The notes under the pieces: model-generated
Told to the model about the DNA's origin: nothing
Databases searched by the model: none
What the model saw: only the letters and a program-made list of their open reading frames with translations
Position numbers and translations under genes: made by a program
Shown: positions 37,536 to 46,172 of the stretch, in pieces
Numbering within the stretch: position 1 is the first letter of the stretch
Layout: each line of letters opens with the position of its first letter
IMG/VR virus record: IMGVR_UViG_3300032313_000518
Location: 32,001 to 96,000 of that record
Origin: a virus
Strand: one strand, 5' to 3'
DNA length: 64,000 bases

Positions 37536-38774
37536 ATGGCACTAATAAATAACGCAGCAGTTTCGGCAGAGATTTTACGAATAGTAAACGCTGGTACGTT
37601 CACATCCGAAGAAGTCGTTGCAGCTCTTAATAGAGCATTACCAGCTGGACAGCAAGTTGCATCTGGTACTGGAACTACAACTGGAATATACAAAAGATTT
37701 GGAGAATTTGATAAAGTAAACGCAAAAACTGAAGTAGTAACTACTGGTTTATGGAGTGGTGATGCTGGTTCATTAACTACATTCTTTACATCATCAACTC
37801 AAGCAATAAATACTAATAAAAGTGGTTTTTATTATTACAATGCATATTCGGTAAATCCAGAAACGGATACAACTGCGGAAGTTCAATTTGCAGTAGCATA
37901 TGGACACGTTGATGGTAGTGGTTCAATTACATTATCAAATGATGATAACTCATTATTAGCAACAAAAGCAACATATGCACAATATCGTTCAATGTTGTTA
38001 GACCCAACTGATAGTAAATTCTCATTTGATAATAGTTCAAACATATCGGTGGATTCAAATGATATCTATGTAATCAATTTAGCTAGAAATAGATTTAGAG
38101 AAAAAATTGATGCTGGTAACTGGTCATTAAGTTTGAGTGGTTCTAGTGGAATATTTACTTTTATTGATGATAGTGGTAAGAAATTTAGTGATGAGGATGG
38201 TTTAAGTGGTAGAGTATTTAAAGTTGTTCATGGTACATTAAATTTAGGAACACAAAATGCAGCAACTGTAACTACAACAACAGCACCAAACGGATTGGGA
38301 TATGGATTATTTTATCCTGATAGAGGACTTATTGTACTAAATCCATCCGCAATTGCATCTAAAGTTGGTGATATATTAACTCAAACAGTATATACACCAA
38401 TTGGTTCTACTATTATTAGTGGTAGTTTGGCTGGTAATTTGGCTGTTGATAAAGAACAAATAAATCAAGCTAGATTATATCAATCTATTAAAGGTGGTGG
38501 TGATTTTGAAATGAGAAGAACTGAAAACATTTCAACTCAGCATTTCTTTGTAAGAGCAACAAATAGAGAGTTCAACTACTCTAACAACCCAACGTATGTA
38601 AATACAGATGGAACATTTGTTGAAACTACATTTAAAACTGACCCATATACTTATATTACAACAATAGGTTTATTAAATGATGCAAACGAATTAATTGCGG
38701 TGGCTAAAACATCTCAACCAATTGCAAAATCATTTGATAAGGAAGTTTTAATTAAAGTTAAATTATCATTCTAA
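37536..38774 (+). CDS. baseplate/tail structural protein
   Basis: C-terminal EFNYSNNPT..YITTIGLLNDANELIAVAK..PIAK; paralog of 38860-39831. Confidence 0.65.
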   Translation: MALINNAAVSAEILRIVNAGTFTSEEVVAALNRALPAGQQVASGTGTTTGIYKRFGEFDKVNAKTEVVTTGLWSGDAGSLTTFFTSSTQAINTNKSGFYYYNAYSVNPETDTTAEVQFAVAYGHVDGSGSITLSNDDNSLLATKATYAQYRSMLLDPTDSKFSFDNSSNISVDSNDIYVINLARNRFREKIDAGNWSLSLSGSSGIFTFIDDSGKKFSDEDGLSGRVFKVVHGTLNLGTQNAATVTTTTAPNGLGYGLFYPDRGLIVLNPSAIASKVGDILTQTVYTPIGSTIISGSLAGNLAVDKEQINQARLYQSIKGGGDFEMRRTENISTQHFFVRATNREFNYSNNPTYVNTDGTFVETTFKTDPYTYITTIGLLNDANELIAVAKTSQPIAKSFDKEVLIKVKLSF

Positions 38775-38795
38775 TACAATTAATTAGATAAATTG

Positions 38796-38828
38796 AAGAC
38801 CTCCAATTCGTTGGGGGTTTTTCTTTTT
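38796..38828 (+). terminator. rho-independent terminator
   Basis: AAGACCTCCAA-TTCG-TTGGGGGTTTT hairpin with a UUCG loop and T-tract. Confidence 0.85.
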
Positions 38829-38833
38829 ATTCA

Positions 38834-38841
38834 TATTTATA
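38834..38841 (+). promoter_or_regulatory. putative late promoter TATTTATA
   Basis: 18 nt before ATG 38860, directly after a terminator. Confidence 0.7.
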
Positions 38842-38859
38842 TAAAAGTAAATAATTCAA

Positions 38860-39831
38860 ATGCTTAAAGAAATTTCAAAATCTGATATTATTGTTAGACC
38901 TTTTAAGGTTTATAAAGAATGGACATTAGATGAAAACGATATACATCCTATATTTGCTTTAAGTGGAAGTAGTGGTAATTTTGATGATACCATTGATGAA
39001 GTTAGTTATGGTGTTTCTAAAAAAAGTTTATACGCTTCGATTAAATCGCAGTTCTACCGTAATTCAGCAACAGCATCTATTTTTACCGAAGTTGGTAGAC
39101 GAAAATCATATGCTTCAACCGATGAAAGAAATTTAGAAGATGAGTTGGTTGTATTTTCAATTCCACAAACTTATTATGGTGAGGGTATTAAAGTTGGTAC
39201 TGTTACTTTATTGGATGATGACACAAATAGGACTTTATCCGATGATGGGTATTCTAATTTAATAGATTCTGGAAGTAACATAAAAGGAAATATATTCTAT
39301 GATAGAGGTATGGTTATTGTAACGAAAGATATTACATCTGGTTCAAACTTCAATACTTTTAGATTAGATTATCGTTCTACCAAAACAATTTATGAAAATG
39401 AAATATTCATATCAGTTTTAGAAAACGAATTTAATCATTCTCAAAATCCAACTGCGGTTTATGAATCTGGAGCAGGAACACAAACATTAATATTTACAGA
39501 CCCAAATGATATAACAGGTGTAAACAAATTTTCAAAGAAAGTATATGCATCTGGTGTAAAATATGTAAAGAAAAAAACTAATTTACCTAACGGAAGTGGT
39601 TCTTTGGATTATAGAATACAATCAAAATTAGACCCAACAAAGTACGGAAGTTTTGATGATTATGATGAGTATGGAACTACTGATAGAACTGGTTCTTATT
39701 TAGCTCCTTATATCACAACAATTGGGTTATACGATGATAGTTTAAATATGGTAGCTGTTGCAAAATTACCCCAACCCATAAAATCACTTCCAGATTACCC
39801 TGTAAACTTTATAATACGTTTCGATACATAA
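38860..39831 (+). CDS. baseplate/tail structural protein
   Basis: GNIFYDRG, EFNHSQNPT, PYITTIGLYDDSLNMVAVAKLPQPIK; paralog of 37536-38774. Confidence 0.65.
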   Translation: MLKEISKSDIIVRPFKVYKEWTLDENDIHPIFALSGSSGNFDDTIDEVSYGVSKKSLYASIKSQFYRNSATASIFTEVGRRKSYASTDERNLEDELVVFSIPQTYYGEGIKVGTVTLLDDDTNRTLSDDGYSNLIDSGSNIKGNIFYDRGMVIVTKDITSGSNFNTFRLDYRSTKTIYENEIFISVLENEFNHSQNPTAVYESGAGTQTLIFTDPNDITGVNKFSKKVYASGVKYVKKKTNLPNGSGSLDYRIQSKLDPTKYGSFDDYDEYGTTDRTGSYLAPYITTIGLYDDSLNMVAVAKLPQPIKSLPDYPVNFIIRFDT

Positions 39832-39836
39832 TGTTA

Positions 39837-39844
39837 TATTTATA
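39837..39844 (+). promoter_or_regulatory. putative late promoter TATTTATA
   Basis: 20 nt before ATG 39865. Confidence 0.65.
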
Positions 39845-39864
39845 GGTAATTAAATAATTTAAAA

Positions 39865-40065
39865 ATGTCAAAAATATTAGAATTATACGGTAAAAATGGA
39901 CCTAAAACAGGTCAAATAGATACAAAGGGTAGAGATAAAACTCCAATTGGAAATGAATTTCCATTTCCAGGTTCTAAAGATTTATCAAGAGATGAAACAG
40001 TCTTACAAAAATCAAGAAATGGAAAATTGAATACAACAAAATATTCAACTACCATAAAGAAATAA
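39865..40065 (+). CDS. small hypothetical protein
   Basis: 66-aa ORF with TATTTATA 20 nt upstream. Confidence 0.65.
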   Translation: MSKILELYGKNGPKTGQIDTKGRDKTPIGNEFPFPGSKDLSRDETVLQKSRNGKLNTTKYSTTIKK

Positions 40066-40066
40066 A

Positions 40067-40474
40067 ATGAATTGGTTATATGAGGGAAATATTGTTACGG
40101 AAGAAGACGTACCTGTTGGTGCGGTGGGATTCGTATATAAAATAATTCACACTCCAACTGGTAGATATTATATAGGTAAGAAATCACTTACATCAACTAG
40201 GAAATTAGCACCACTCAAAGGACAAAAAAGAAAAAGAACAGTAACCAAATCTTCGGATTGGGAAAAATACTATTCTTCAAACGATTGGATTAAAGAACAA
40301 ATAAAGGAAGGTAAAGCTGAAGAATTCAGTAGAGAAATCATCCAATACTGCTTCTCTAAAAAATCATTAACATATTACGAAATCTATTGGCAGTTTCATT
40401 ATAATGTACTTGCCGATGATAATGCAATAAACGAAAACCTAATGGGTAAATTCTATCGTAGGGATTTACTTTAA
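40067..40474 (+). CDS. GIY-YIG family endonuclease
   Basis: GFVYKII..TGRYYIGKK..Y.SS..FSREI..E..N. Confidence 0.8.
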   Translation: MNWLYEGNIVTEEDVPVGAVGFVYKIIHTPTGRYYIGKKSLTSTRKLAPLKGQKRKRTVTKSSDWEKYYSSNDWIKEQIKEGKAEEFSREIIQYCFSKKSLTYYEIYWQFHYNVLADDNAINENLMGKFYRRDLL

Positions 40475-40485
40475 ACACAAAAGTT

Positions 40486-40686
40486 ATGACAATACCTGAA
40501 ATATCAAAAAAATACGGAATCTCCGAAGCATATTTAAATGCAAAAGATGATGCAGTACAAATTGCAGCAGCATCTATATTAGATTTAAAAGCTATGGTTG
40601 AGCAAAATCATCCAAAAGAAACCATCACAAAGAAAATGCAGTTTTTAGCAGACTTCTTATATGATGTAAAAAATTCTAATCATTAA
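40486..40686 (+). CDS. hypothetical protein
   Basis: 66-aa ORF in operon context. Confidence 0.6.
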   Translation: MTIPEISKKYGISEAYLNAKDDAVQIAAASILDLKAMVEQNHPKETITKKMQFLADFLYDVKNSNH

Positions 40687-40718
40687 TTTGGAATTGTAAA
40701 ATAATCTTCGTATATTTG
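40687..40718 (+). promoter_or_regulatory. Bacteroidota primary-sigma promoter (-33/-7)
   Basis: TTTG at 40687-40690, 20-nt spacer, TATATTTG at 40711-40718, ahead of the primase. Confidence 0.8.
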
Positions 40719-40737
40719 TAAGATTATAATCCAAATT

Positions 40738-41676
40738 ATGCTATCTGGTAAAAATAAAATTGTAGTTATATCGATTTTAGACACAACGCTTGGTGTTGGT
40801 TCATCTCTTAAAGGGAATGAGCAACAACACCATTGTCCATTCTGTCATCATCACAAAAAGAAACTACAAGTAAATTTAGATACACAACAATGGCATTGTT
40901 GGGTGTGCAACTCCAAAGGACGTTCTATTACATCTCTTCTTCGTAAACTAAATGTTGATAGGAGAGATTTGGATAGGTTACATAAAATCTATGGAGATGA
41001 ACCTGCATACTCACCAACAGAAGAGTATGTAATCAAATTACAATTACCTAAAGAGTTCAAACAATTGTATTTCAAACCATCAGGTCTATTCAATCCAATA
41101 TACAACACTGCAATCCATTACCTAAAACAAAGAGGTATTAAAGAATCGGAGATTGTAAAATATAACATCGGATATTGTGAAGATGGATTATATGGTGGTA
41201 GAATTATTATACCATCCTATGATGATAGTGGTGAGTTAAACTATTTTATTGCTCGTTCTTTTTATGAGGATGAAAAGATGAAATACAAAAACCCACCTGT
41301 TAATAGAGATGTGATTGTGTTTGAAAATCAAATTAATTGGAATGAACCCATCACATTAGTTGAGGGGGCATTTGATGCATTCTCCGTGAAGAGAAATGTA
41401 ATTCCTCTATTGGGTAAATTCTTATTAAGTAAATTAAAGAATAAGATTTTTGAAAAAGGTGTAAAAGAAATTACCATAATGTTAGATTCAGATGCTATTG
41501 AAGATTCCACAAAGCATTCGGAATGGTTTATTAAAAACGGAATCAAAGTTAAGAATATAATACCTACCGGTAAAGATGCTGGGGAGTTGGGATACGAAAG
41601 AGTAAACGAACTTATTAAAACTACTACTGAAACTGGTTGGGATGATTTAGTCCTTGCCAAATTAAACAACGTATGA
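40738..41676 (+). CDS. DNA primase (DnaG/gp61-like)
   Basis: Zn finger CPFC..WHCWVC; YLKQRGI; RIIIP; KYKNP; Toprim VEGAFDA..LDSDA..KDAGE. Confidence 0.92.
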   Translation: MLSGKNKIVVISILDTTLGVGSSLKGNEQQHHCPFCHHHKKKLQVNLDTQQWHCWVCNSKGRSITSLLRKLNVDRRDLDRLHKIYGDEPAYSPTEEYVIKLQLPKEFKQLYFKPSGLFNPIYNTAIHYLKQRGIKESEIVKYNIGYCEDGLYGGRIIIPSYDDSGELNYFIARSFYEDEKMKYKNPPVNRDVIVFENQINWNEPITLVEGAFDAFSVKRNVIPLLGKFLLSKLKNKIFEKGVKEITIMLDSDAIEDSTKHSEWFIKNGIKVKNIIPTGKDAGELGYERVNELIKTTTETGWDDLVLAKLNNV

Positions 41677-44600
41677 GTATAAAAAGAATATATCACATTG
41701 CAGATGTTCATATCCGTAATGTAAAAAGACACAACGAATATAGACAAGTATTTGAAAAAATGTTTGAAGAGATTCGTAAGAGGGGAACTGAAGATTCACT
41801 CATTTATTTAGCTGGAGATATTGCCCATGCTAAATTAGAAATGAGTCCTGAATTATTAAAAGAAATTAGTTGGTTATTTACGGAGTGTTCTAAACATTGT
41901 GAAACTATCCTCATTGCAGGAAATCACGATTGTAATATGAACAACTCTGATAGATTGGATGTTTTGACTCCAATCGTAGATGCATTGAATCTACCAAACT
42001 TTCATTACCTTAGAGATACGCAAGTATATTCAATTGGTGGAATCGATTTTTCAGTATTCTCTATTTTTGATAAAAGGGATAATTGGATTACAGCAGATAA
42101 ACTATTTGGTAACAAAAAGATTGCACTATTTCACGGACCATTAGATACATCCACAACCGATGTAGGATATGTGGTAAGTAGTAGACACTTTAAGCCGGAG
42201 ATATTTGATGGGTTTGATTTAGCTCTATTGGGAGATATCCATAAGAGACAAGAAATTATATCGGAGGCAGGATGTAAGATTGTATATGCTGGTTCATTAG
42301 TACAACAAAATTTTGGAGAGAGTTTAGATAAGCATGGATTTGTAGTTTGGGATATGGATACTCTAAACTATGAAGAAGTTGATATCCAAAACGAATACGG
42401 ATACTACACTATGAATGTGGATAATGGTATTGTGCCCGATGTGGATGATATGCCTGTTCATCCCCGGTTAAGGGTTAAATTATCCAACACCGATACTGCG
42501 GATACTAAAAGAGTGGTAACGGAGATTAAGATGAAGTACAACGTAGATGACTTTACAATCATTCGGACAGACTCATTCTCAAAGAGTAAGACGGGTAATA
42601 GAAGTAGTAAGTTGGACTTCGAAGATATATCCGATATTAACCACCAGAACTCTCTCATATCGGAGTATGTTAAACGAATGATGCCATACACTACCGAAGA
42701 TGATTTGAAGGGCTTAGAAACGATAAATAGAGATGTAAATAGTAGAATCGTAACGGAAGATATTCATAGAAATATTCATTGGAAACCTGTAAGATTCGAA
42801 TTCAGTAATATGTTCTCTTATGGGGAGGATAATACAATCAACTTTGATAAGATAGGTGGGTTAATGGGATTGTTTGCACCAAACGCAGCTGGTAAATCCT
42901 CACTCTTTGATGCCATTTCATTCTGTCTTTTTGATAAGTGTAGTAGAGCATTCAAAGCAGGAAACATTCTAAACAATCGTAAGGATACCTTTAGTTGTAA
43001 GTTGGAGATTGAGATTGATGGGGTAAGGTACTTTATTCAAAGGGAAGCAAAGACAGTGAGTAAGGGTAAGAGTGTTAAGGTAGATGTACAATTTTGGAAA
43101 GAGAATGGAGATGGTACGGAAATTCTAAATGGAACGGAACGTAGAGATACCAATAACATCATTGAGCAGTATGTTGGTAGGTATGAAGATTTTGTTCTAA
43201 CTGCCCTTTCATTGCAAGGAAACAACGCCCTATTCATTGATAAATCTCAAAGTGAAAGAAAGGAATTACTTTCTCAATTTATGGGATTAACTATCTTTGA
43301 TAAATTATATGAAACGGCAAATGAAGATATTAAAGAAGTAACAACACTTATCAGAAATTTTAAGAGGACCGACTTTACTTCCGAATTAGCAGAAAAGCAA
43401 AGTGAACTCAAAGAAAAGAAAGAAGAGTTTAATACATTGGATACTGAATCTAAGGAGTTGGAAACCCAAAAGAGTGAGTTAGAAAAAGAAATTATTCAGC
43501 TATCACAACAATTGACTCCAATGGATGGTAATTTAAACATTGATAGTTTGAATACCAAAAAATCAAATTTGGATGAAAGTATTGAAAAGCAAATTGAAAA
43601 GATGACCGATAAGGCATCTAAATTGGAAGAGTACGAATCTGCATTAGAACAAATCGGAAAGAGTATTACGGAAAGTAAATTATACGATGGTAATCCAATT
43701 GATTATATGTACACTAAATTTACAACTCTTCAATCTACATACACATCATCATTACACTCGATTGATAAATTACACATATCATTAGATGCTAACAAAGAAA
43801 AGTTATCTCATTTAGAAAAGCATGAGTATGACCCTAATTGTAATTTTTGTATGAACAACGTATTTGTAAAGGATGCAAAGGAAACCGAAAAGATAGTTGG
43901 GGAGCAGTTGATTGTATTAGAAGAATTGGAAAGAGGTTCAAAAACAATTACTCAAAATCTACAATCATTGAAGGATGTTAAATCTCAATATGATTTATGG
44001 ATTTCTTTAACTGAAAAACAAAAGAAAGGTAATACATTATCTGATAGTACCAAATTGGAGTTAGAGCAGATGGAAACTCAATTGCGTTTATTCCAACACC
44101 AATTGGAAGCAGTTGAGGGGGATATCCAACGTTATAATGATAATTTGGAAACTATTTCTAAAAACAAAGAGATACAAACCAAAATATCAGAACTAACAAC
44201 ATCTAAAAAAGAAATTGAAAGTAAGATAGAAACTGCTAAAAAGAAACTTCTAAAGTTATCATCCGATACCGGTTCTATTAACACATTCATTAAAGATATG
44301 AAAGCTAAGATGGTTGAGGTTAAGGATTTGGAAACAAAGAATCAATTGTACACATTTTATTTAGATGCGGTTAAGAGAGATGGAATTCCATATGAATTGA
44401 TTACTAAAGCTCTACCTGTAATTGAAGAAGAGATTAATAACATATTAGGACAGGTTGTTGATTTTGGAATTGTAATGGATACTGATGGTAAAAACATCAA
44501 CGCTAAGATAGTTTACGATGACCAGGAATGGGCATTGGAAATGTGTAGTGGTATGGAGAAGTTTGTTAGTGGATTGGCAATCAGAGTTGCTCTTATTAAC

Positions 44601-44816
44601 ATATGTAATCTACCTAGACCAAACTTCTTAGTAATTGATGAGGGGTTTGGTACATTGGATTCCGATAATCTATCATCCCTATTTATGATGATGCAATATC
44701 TTAAAACTCAATTTGATTTTATTTGGATGATTTCTCATCTGGAACAAATGAGAGATATTGTAGATGGACTAATTGAAATTAAAAAAGATAATGGTTTCAG
44801 TAAGATTAACTTTTAA
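41673..44816 (+). CDS. fused Mre11/SbcD nuclease and Rad50/SbcC ATPase (gp47-gp46 fusion)
   Basis: ADVH, GDIAH, GNHD, GDIH phosphoesterase motifs; Walker A APNAAGKSS; Zn hook CNFC in a coiled coil; signature CSGME; Walker B IDEGFGTLD; ISH. Confidence 0.92.
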   Translation: MSIKRIYHIADVHIRNVKRHNEYRQVFEKMFEEIRKRGTEDSLIYLAGDIAHAKLEMSPELLKEISWLFTECSKHCETILIAGNHDCNMNNSDRLDVLTPIVDALNLPNFHYLRDTQVYSIGGIDFSVFSIFDKRDNWITADKLFGNKKIALFHGPLDTSTTDVGYVVSSRHFKPEIFDGFDLALLGDIHKRQEIISEAGCKIVYAGSLVQQNFGESLDKHGFVVWDMDTLNYEEVDIQNEYGYYTMNVDNGIVPDVDDMPVHPRLRVKLSNTDTADTKRVVTEIKMKYNVDDFTIIRTDSFSKSKTGNRSSKLDFEDISDINHQNSLISEYVKRMMPYTTEDDLKGLETINRDVNSRIVTEDIHRNIHWKPVRFEFSNMFSYGEDNTINFDKIGGLMGLFAPNAAGKSSLFDAISFCLFDKCSRAFKAGNILNNRKDTFSCKLEIEIDGVRYFIQREAKTVSKGKSVKVDVQFWKENGDGTEILNGTERRDTNNIIEQYVGRYEDFVLTALSLQGNNALFIDKSQSERKELLSQFMGLTIFDKLYETANEDIKEVTTLIRNFKRTDFTSELAEKQSELKEKKEEFNTLDTESKELETQKSELEKEIIQLSQQLTPMDGNLNIDSLNTKKSNLDESIEKQIEKMTDKASKLEEYESALEQIGKSITESKLYDGNPIDYMYTKFTTLQSTYTSSLHSIDKLHISLDANKEKLSHLEKHEYDPNCNFCMNNVFVKDAKETEKIVGEQLIVLEELERGSKTITQNLQSLKDVKSQYDLWISLTEKQKKGNTLSDSTKLELEQMETQLRLFQHQLEAVEGDIQRYNDNLETISKNKEIQTKISELTTSKKEIESKIETAKKKLLKLSSDTGSINTFIKDMKAKMVEVKDLETKNQLYTFYLDAVKRDGIPYELITKALPVIEEEINNILGQVVDFGIVMDTDGKNINAKIVYDDQEWALEMCSGMEKFVSGLAIRVALINICNLPRPNFLVIDEGFGTLDSDNLSSLFMMMQYLKTQFDFIWMISHLEQMRDIVDGLIEIKKDNGFSKINF

Positions 44817-44973
44817 CAGATGGTAATATATTTTTTGGTTGGGGTTTTGATGATACTTTTTCTTTTATCAAAGCTTCAACTAACCCATTTATTTTATAAC
44901 CCCTTTCTTTACAAAATTCTTTTAGTGATTGATGTATCTCTACATCAATTTGTATCATTGCATACTTTTTCAT
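44806..44973 (-). CDS. ribbon-helix-helix DNA-binding protein (55 aa, not in the ORF track)
   Basis: MKKYAMIQIDVEIHQSLKEFCKERGYKINGLVEALIKEKV..: beta strand, helix, G turn, helix (Arc/CopG-like). Confidence 0.7.
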   Translation of the reverse strand: MKKYAMIQIDVEIHQSLKEFCKERGYKINGLVEALIKEKVSSKPQPKNILPSVKS

Positions 44974-44991
44974 TCTTTAGATTTCTTTAGA
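44973..44991. repeat. tandem TTCTTTAGA x2 (10-bp period), putative operator
   Basis: Directly at the RHH start codon; inverted counterpart at 46088-46107. Confidence 0.55.
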
Positions 44992-45016
44992 TATAATTAT
45001 ATGATATTTATAAAAT

Positions 45017-46087
45017 ATGGAAGAAAAATATTTATCTTTTGATTCTTGGTTGGGTGGTGTTTCTAATGTTAAAATGTCTTATGAACTAATAGCAGCTATT
45101 AGTATTATTACAAATAGAACAATTATATTACCACCAAAAGTATATTGTTGCTTTTTTTCAAATGTGAATGAAAAATCTACATTTTTTGATATATGGAATA
45201 TTTTAGATAAAGAAGCATTTATTACCCAATTTAAATGTGTGGAATACGAAGATGTTCCAGAATATAAAATGCTTGAAAATGATTGTCAGTATTTTGAAAA
45301 TGTAAATAATATTGCATTAACTATAATGTTTGGTGATGAATTTAAACAAACAGGTGTACAAGAGGCAATTGGAAATAGAGTTATTGTAAATACTATAAAT
45401 GATACTGATGATTTTAACCAATTTAGTGTTAATAGAGAAGAGGTTAGTGTAAATTACAATCATAAATTTATACATTTTCCAAGAAATTTATTTGGTCATT
45501 TTTACTATAACATTTACGGAAATGGGGCTGTAGAACGGAATTTAATAAAACAAAAAATAAAAAAAGGAATAGTTTATAAAAACCAATATTTTGATTTAGC
45601 AAAAAAAGTAAAATTAAAAATAGGAGAATATAATTCAATTCATATAAGAAGAAATGATTTTATTCATGTTAATGCTAATCATGCAATACCACAATTGGAT
45701 AATTTAATGAATGATATAAAGGATAGAATACCAAACAATATTCCACTATACATAGCCACAGATGAAAAAAACAAAATTTTATTTGATTTTTTAAAAGAAA
45801 GATACACTATATATTTTTTAGAAGATTTTTTTAAAGATTTAAATCAATATGAATCATTGGTAATTGACCAAATAATATGTAGTGAATCTGATATATTTTT
45901 GGGAAGTAAATTATCAACATTTAGTGATTATATAAACATAATAAGAGGATATTTTGGAAAAAAAGATTTTCACAGAGAAGGAACTAATTTTAAAATGAAA
46001 ACTTTGGTTTATAATAAATTTCCTTGGGAAGTTGAAGAGCATTGCTGGGACAAGATACATTCCTATCGTTGGAATGATGAAATTTAA
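45017..46087 (+). CDS. GDP-fucose protein O-fucosyltransferase-like GT-B enzyme
   Basis: GGVSNVKM..NRTIILP; SIHIRRNDF; LYIATDE; IDQIICSESDIFLGSKLSTFS. Confidence 0.8.
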   Translation: MEEKYLSFDSWLGGVSNVKMSYELIAAISIITNRTIILPPKVYCCFFSNVNEKSTFFDIWNILDKEAFITQFKCVEYEDVPEYKMLENDCQYFENVNNIALTIMFGDEFKQTGVQEAIGNRVIVNTINDTDDFNQFSVNREEVSVNYNHKFIHFPRNLFGHFYYNIYGNGAVERNLIKQKIKKGIVYKNQYFDLAKKVKLKIGEYNSIHIRRNDFIHVNANHAIPQLDNLMNDIKDRIPNNIPLYIATDEKNKILFDFLKERYTIYFLEDFFKDLNQYESLVIDQIICSESDIFLGSKLSTFSDYINIIRGYFGKKDFHREGTNFKMKTLVYNKFPWEVEEHCWDKIHSYRWNDEI

Positions 46088-46107
46088 TTCTAAAGTTTTC
46101 TAAAGAA
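46088..46107. repeat. tandem TTCTAAAG x2 (10-bp period), inverted relative to 44973-44991
   Basis: TTCTAAAGTTTTCTAAAGAA. Confidence 0.55.
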
Positions 46108-46144
46108 AAATTTATAAAATAATTTTAATAATAAATTATCTAAA

Positions 46145-46152
46145 TATTTATG
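46145..46152 (+). promoter_or_regulatory. putative late promoter variant TATTTATG
   Basis: 20 nt before the tail fibre ATG. Confidence 0.6.
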
Positions 46153-46172
46153 ATTAACAATACTAGAATCTT

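Noticed and set aside
40067-40474. GIY-YIG gene as a mobile intron or homing element
   Set aside because: Free-standing, catalytic domain only, no interrupted gene or intron structure seen
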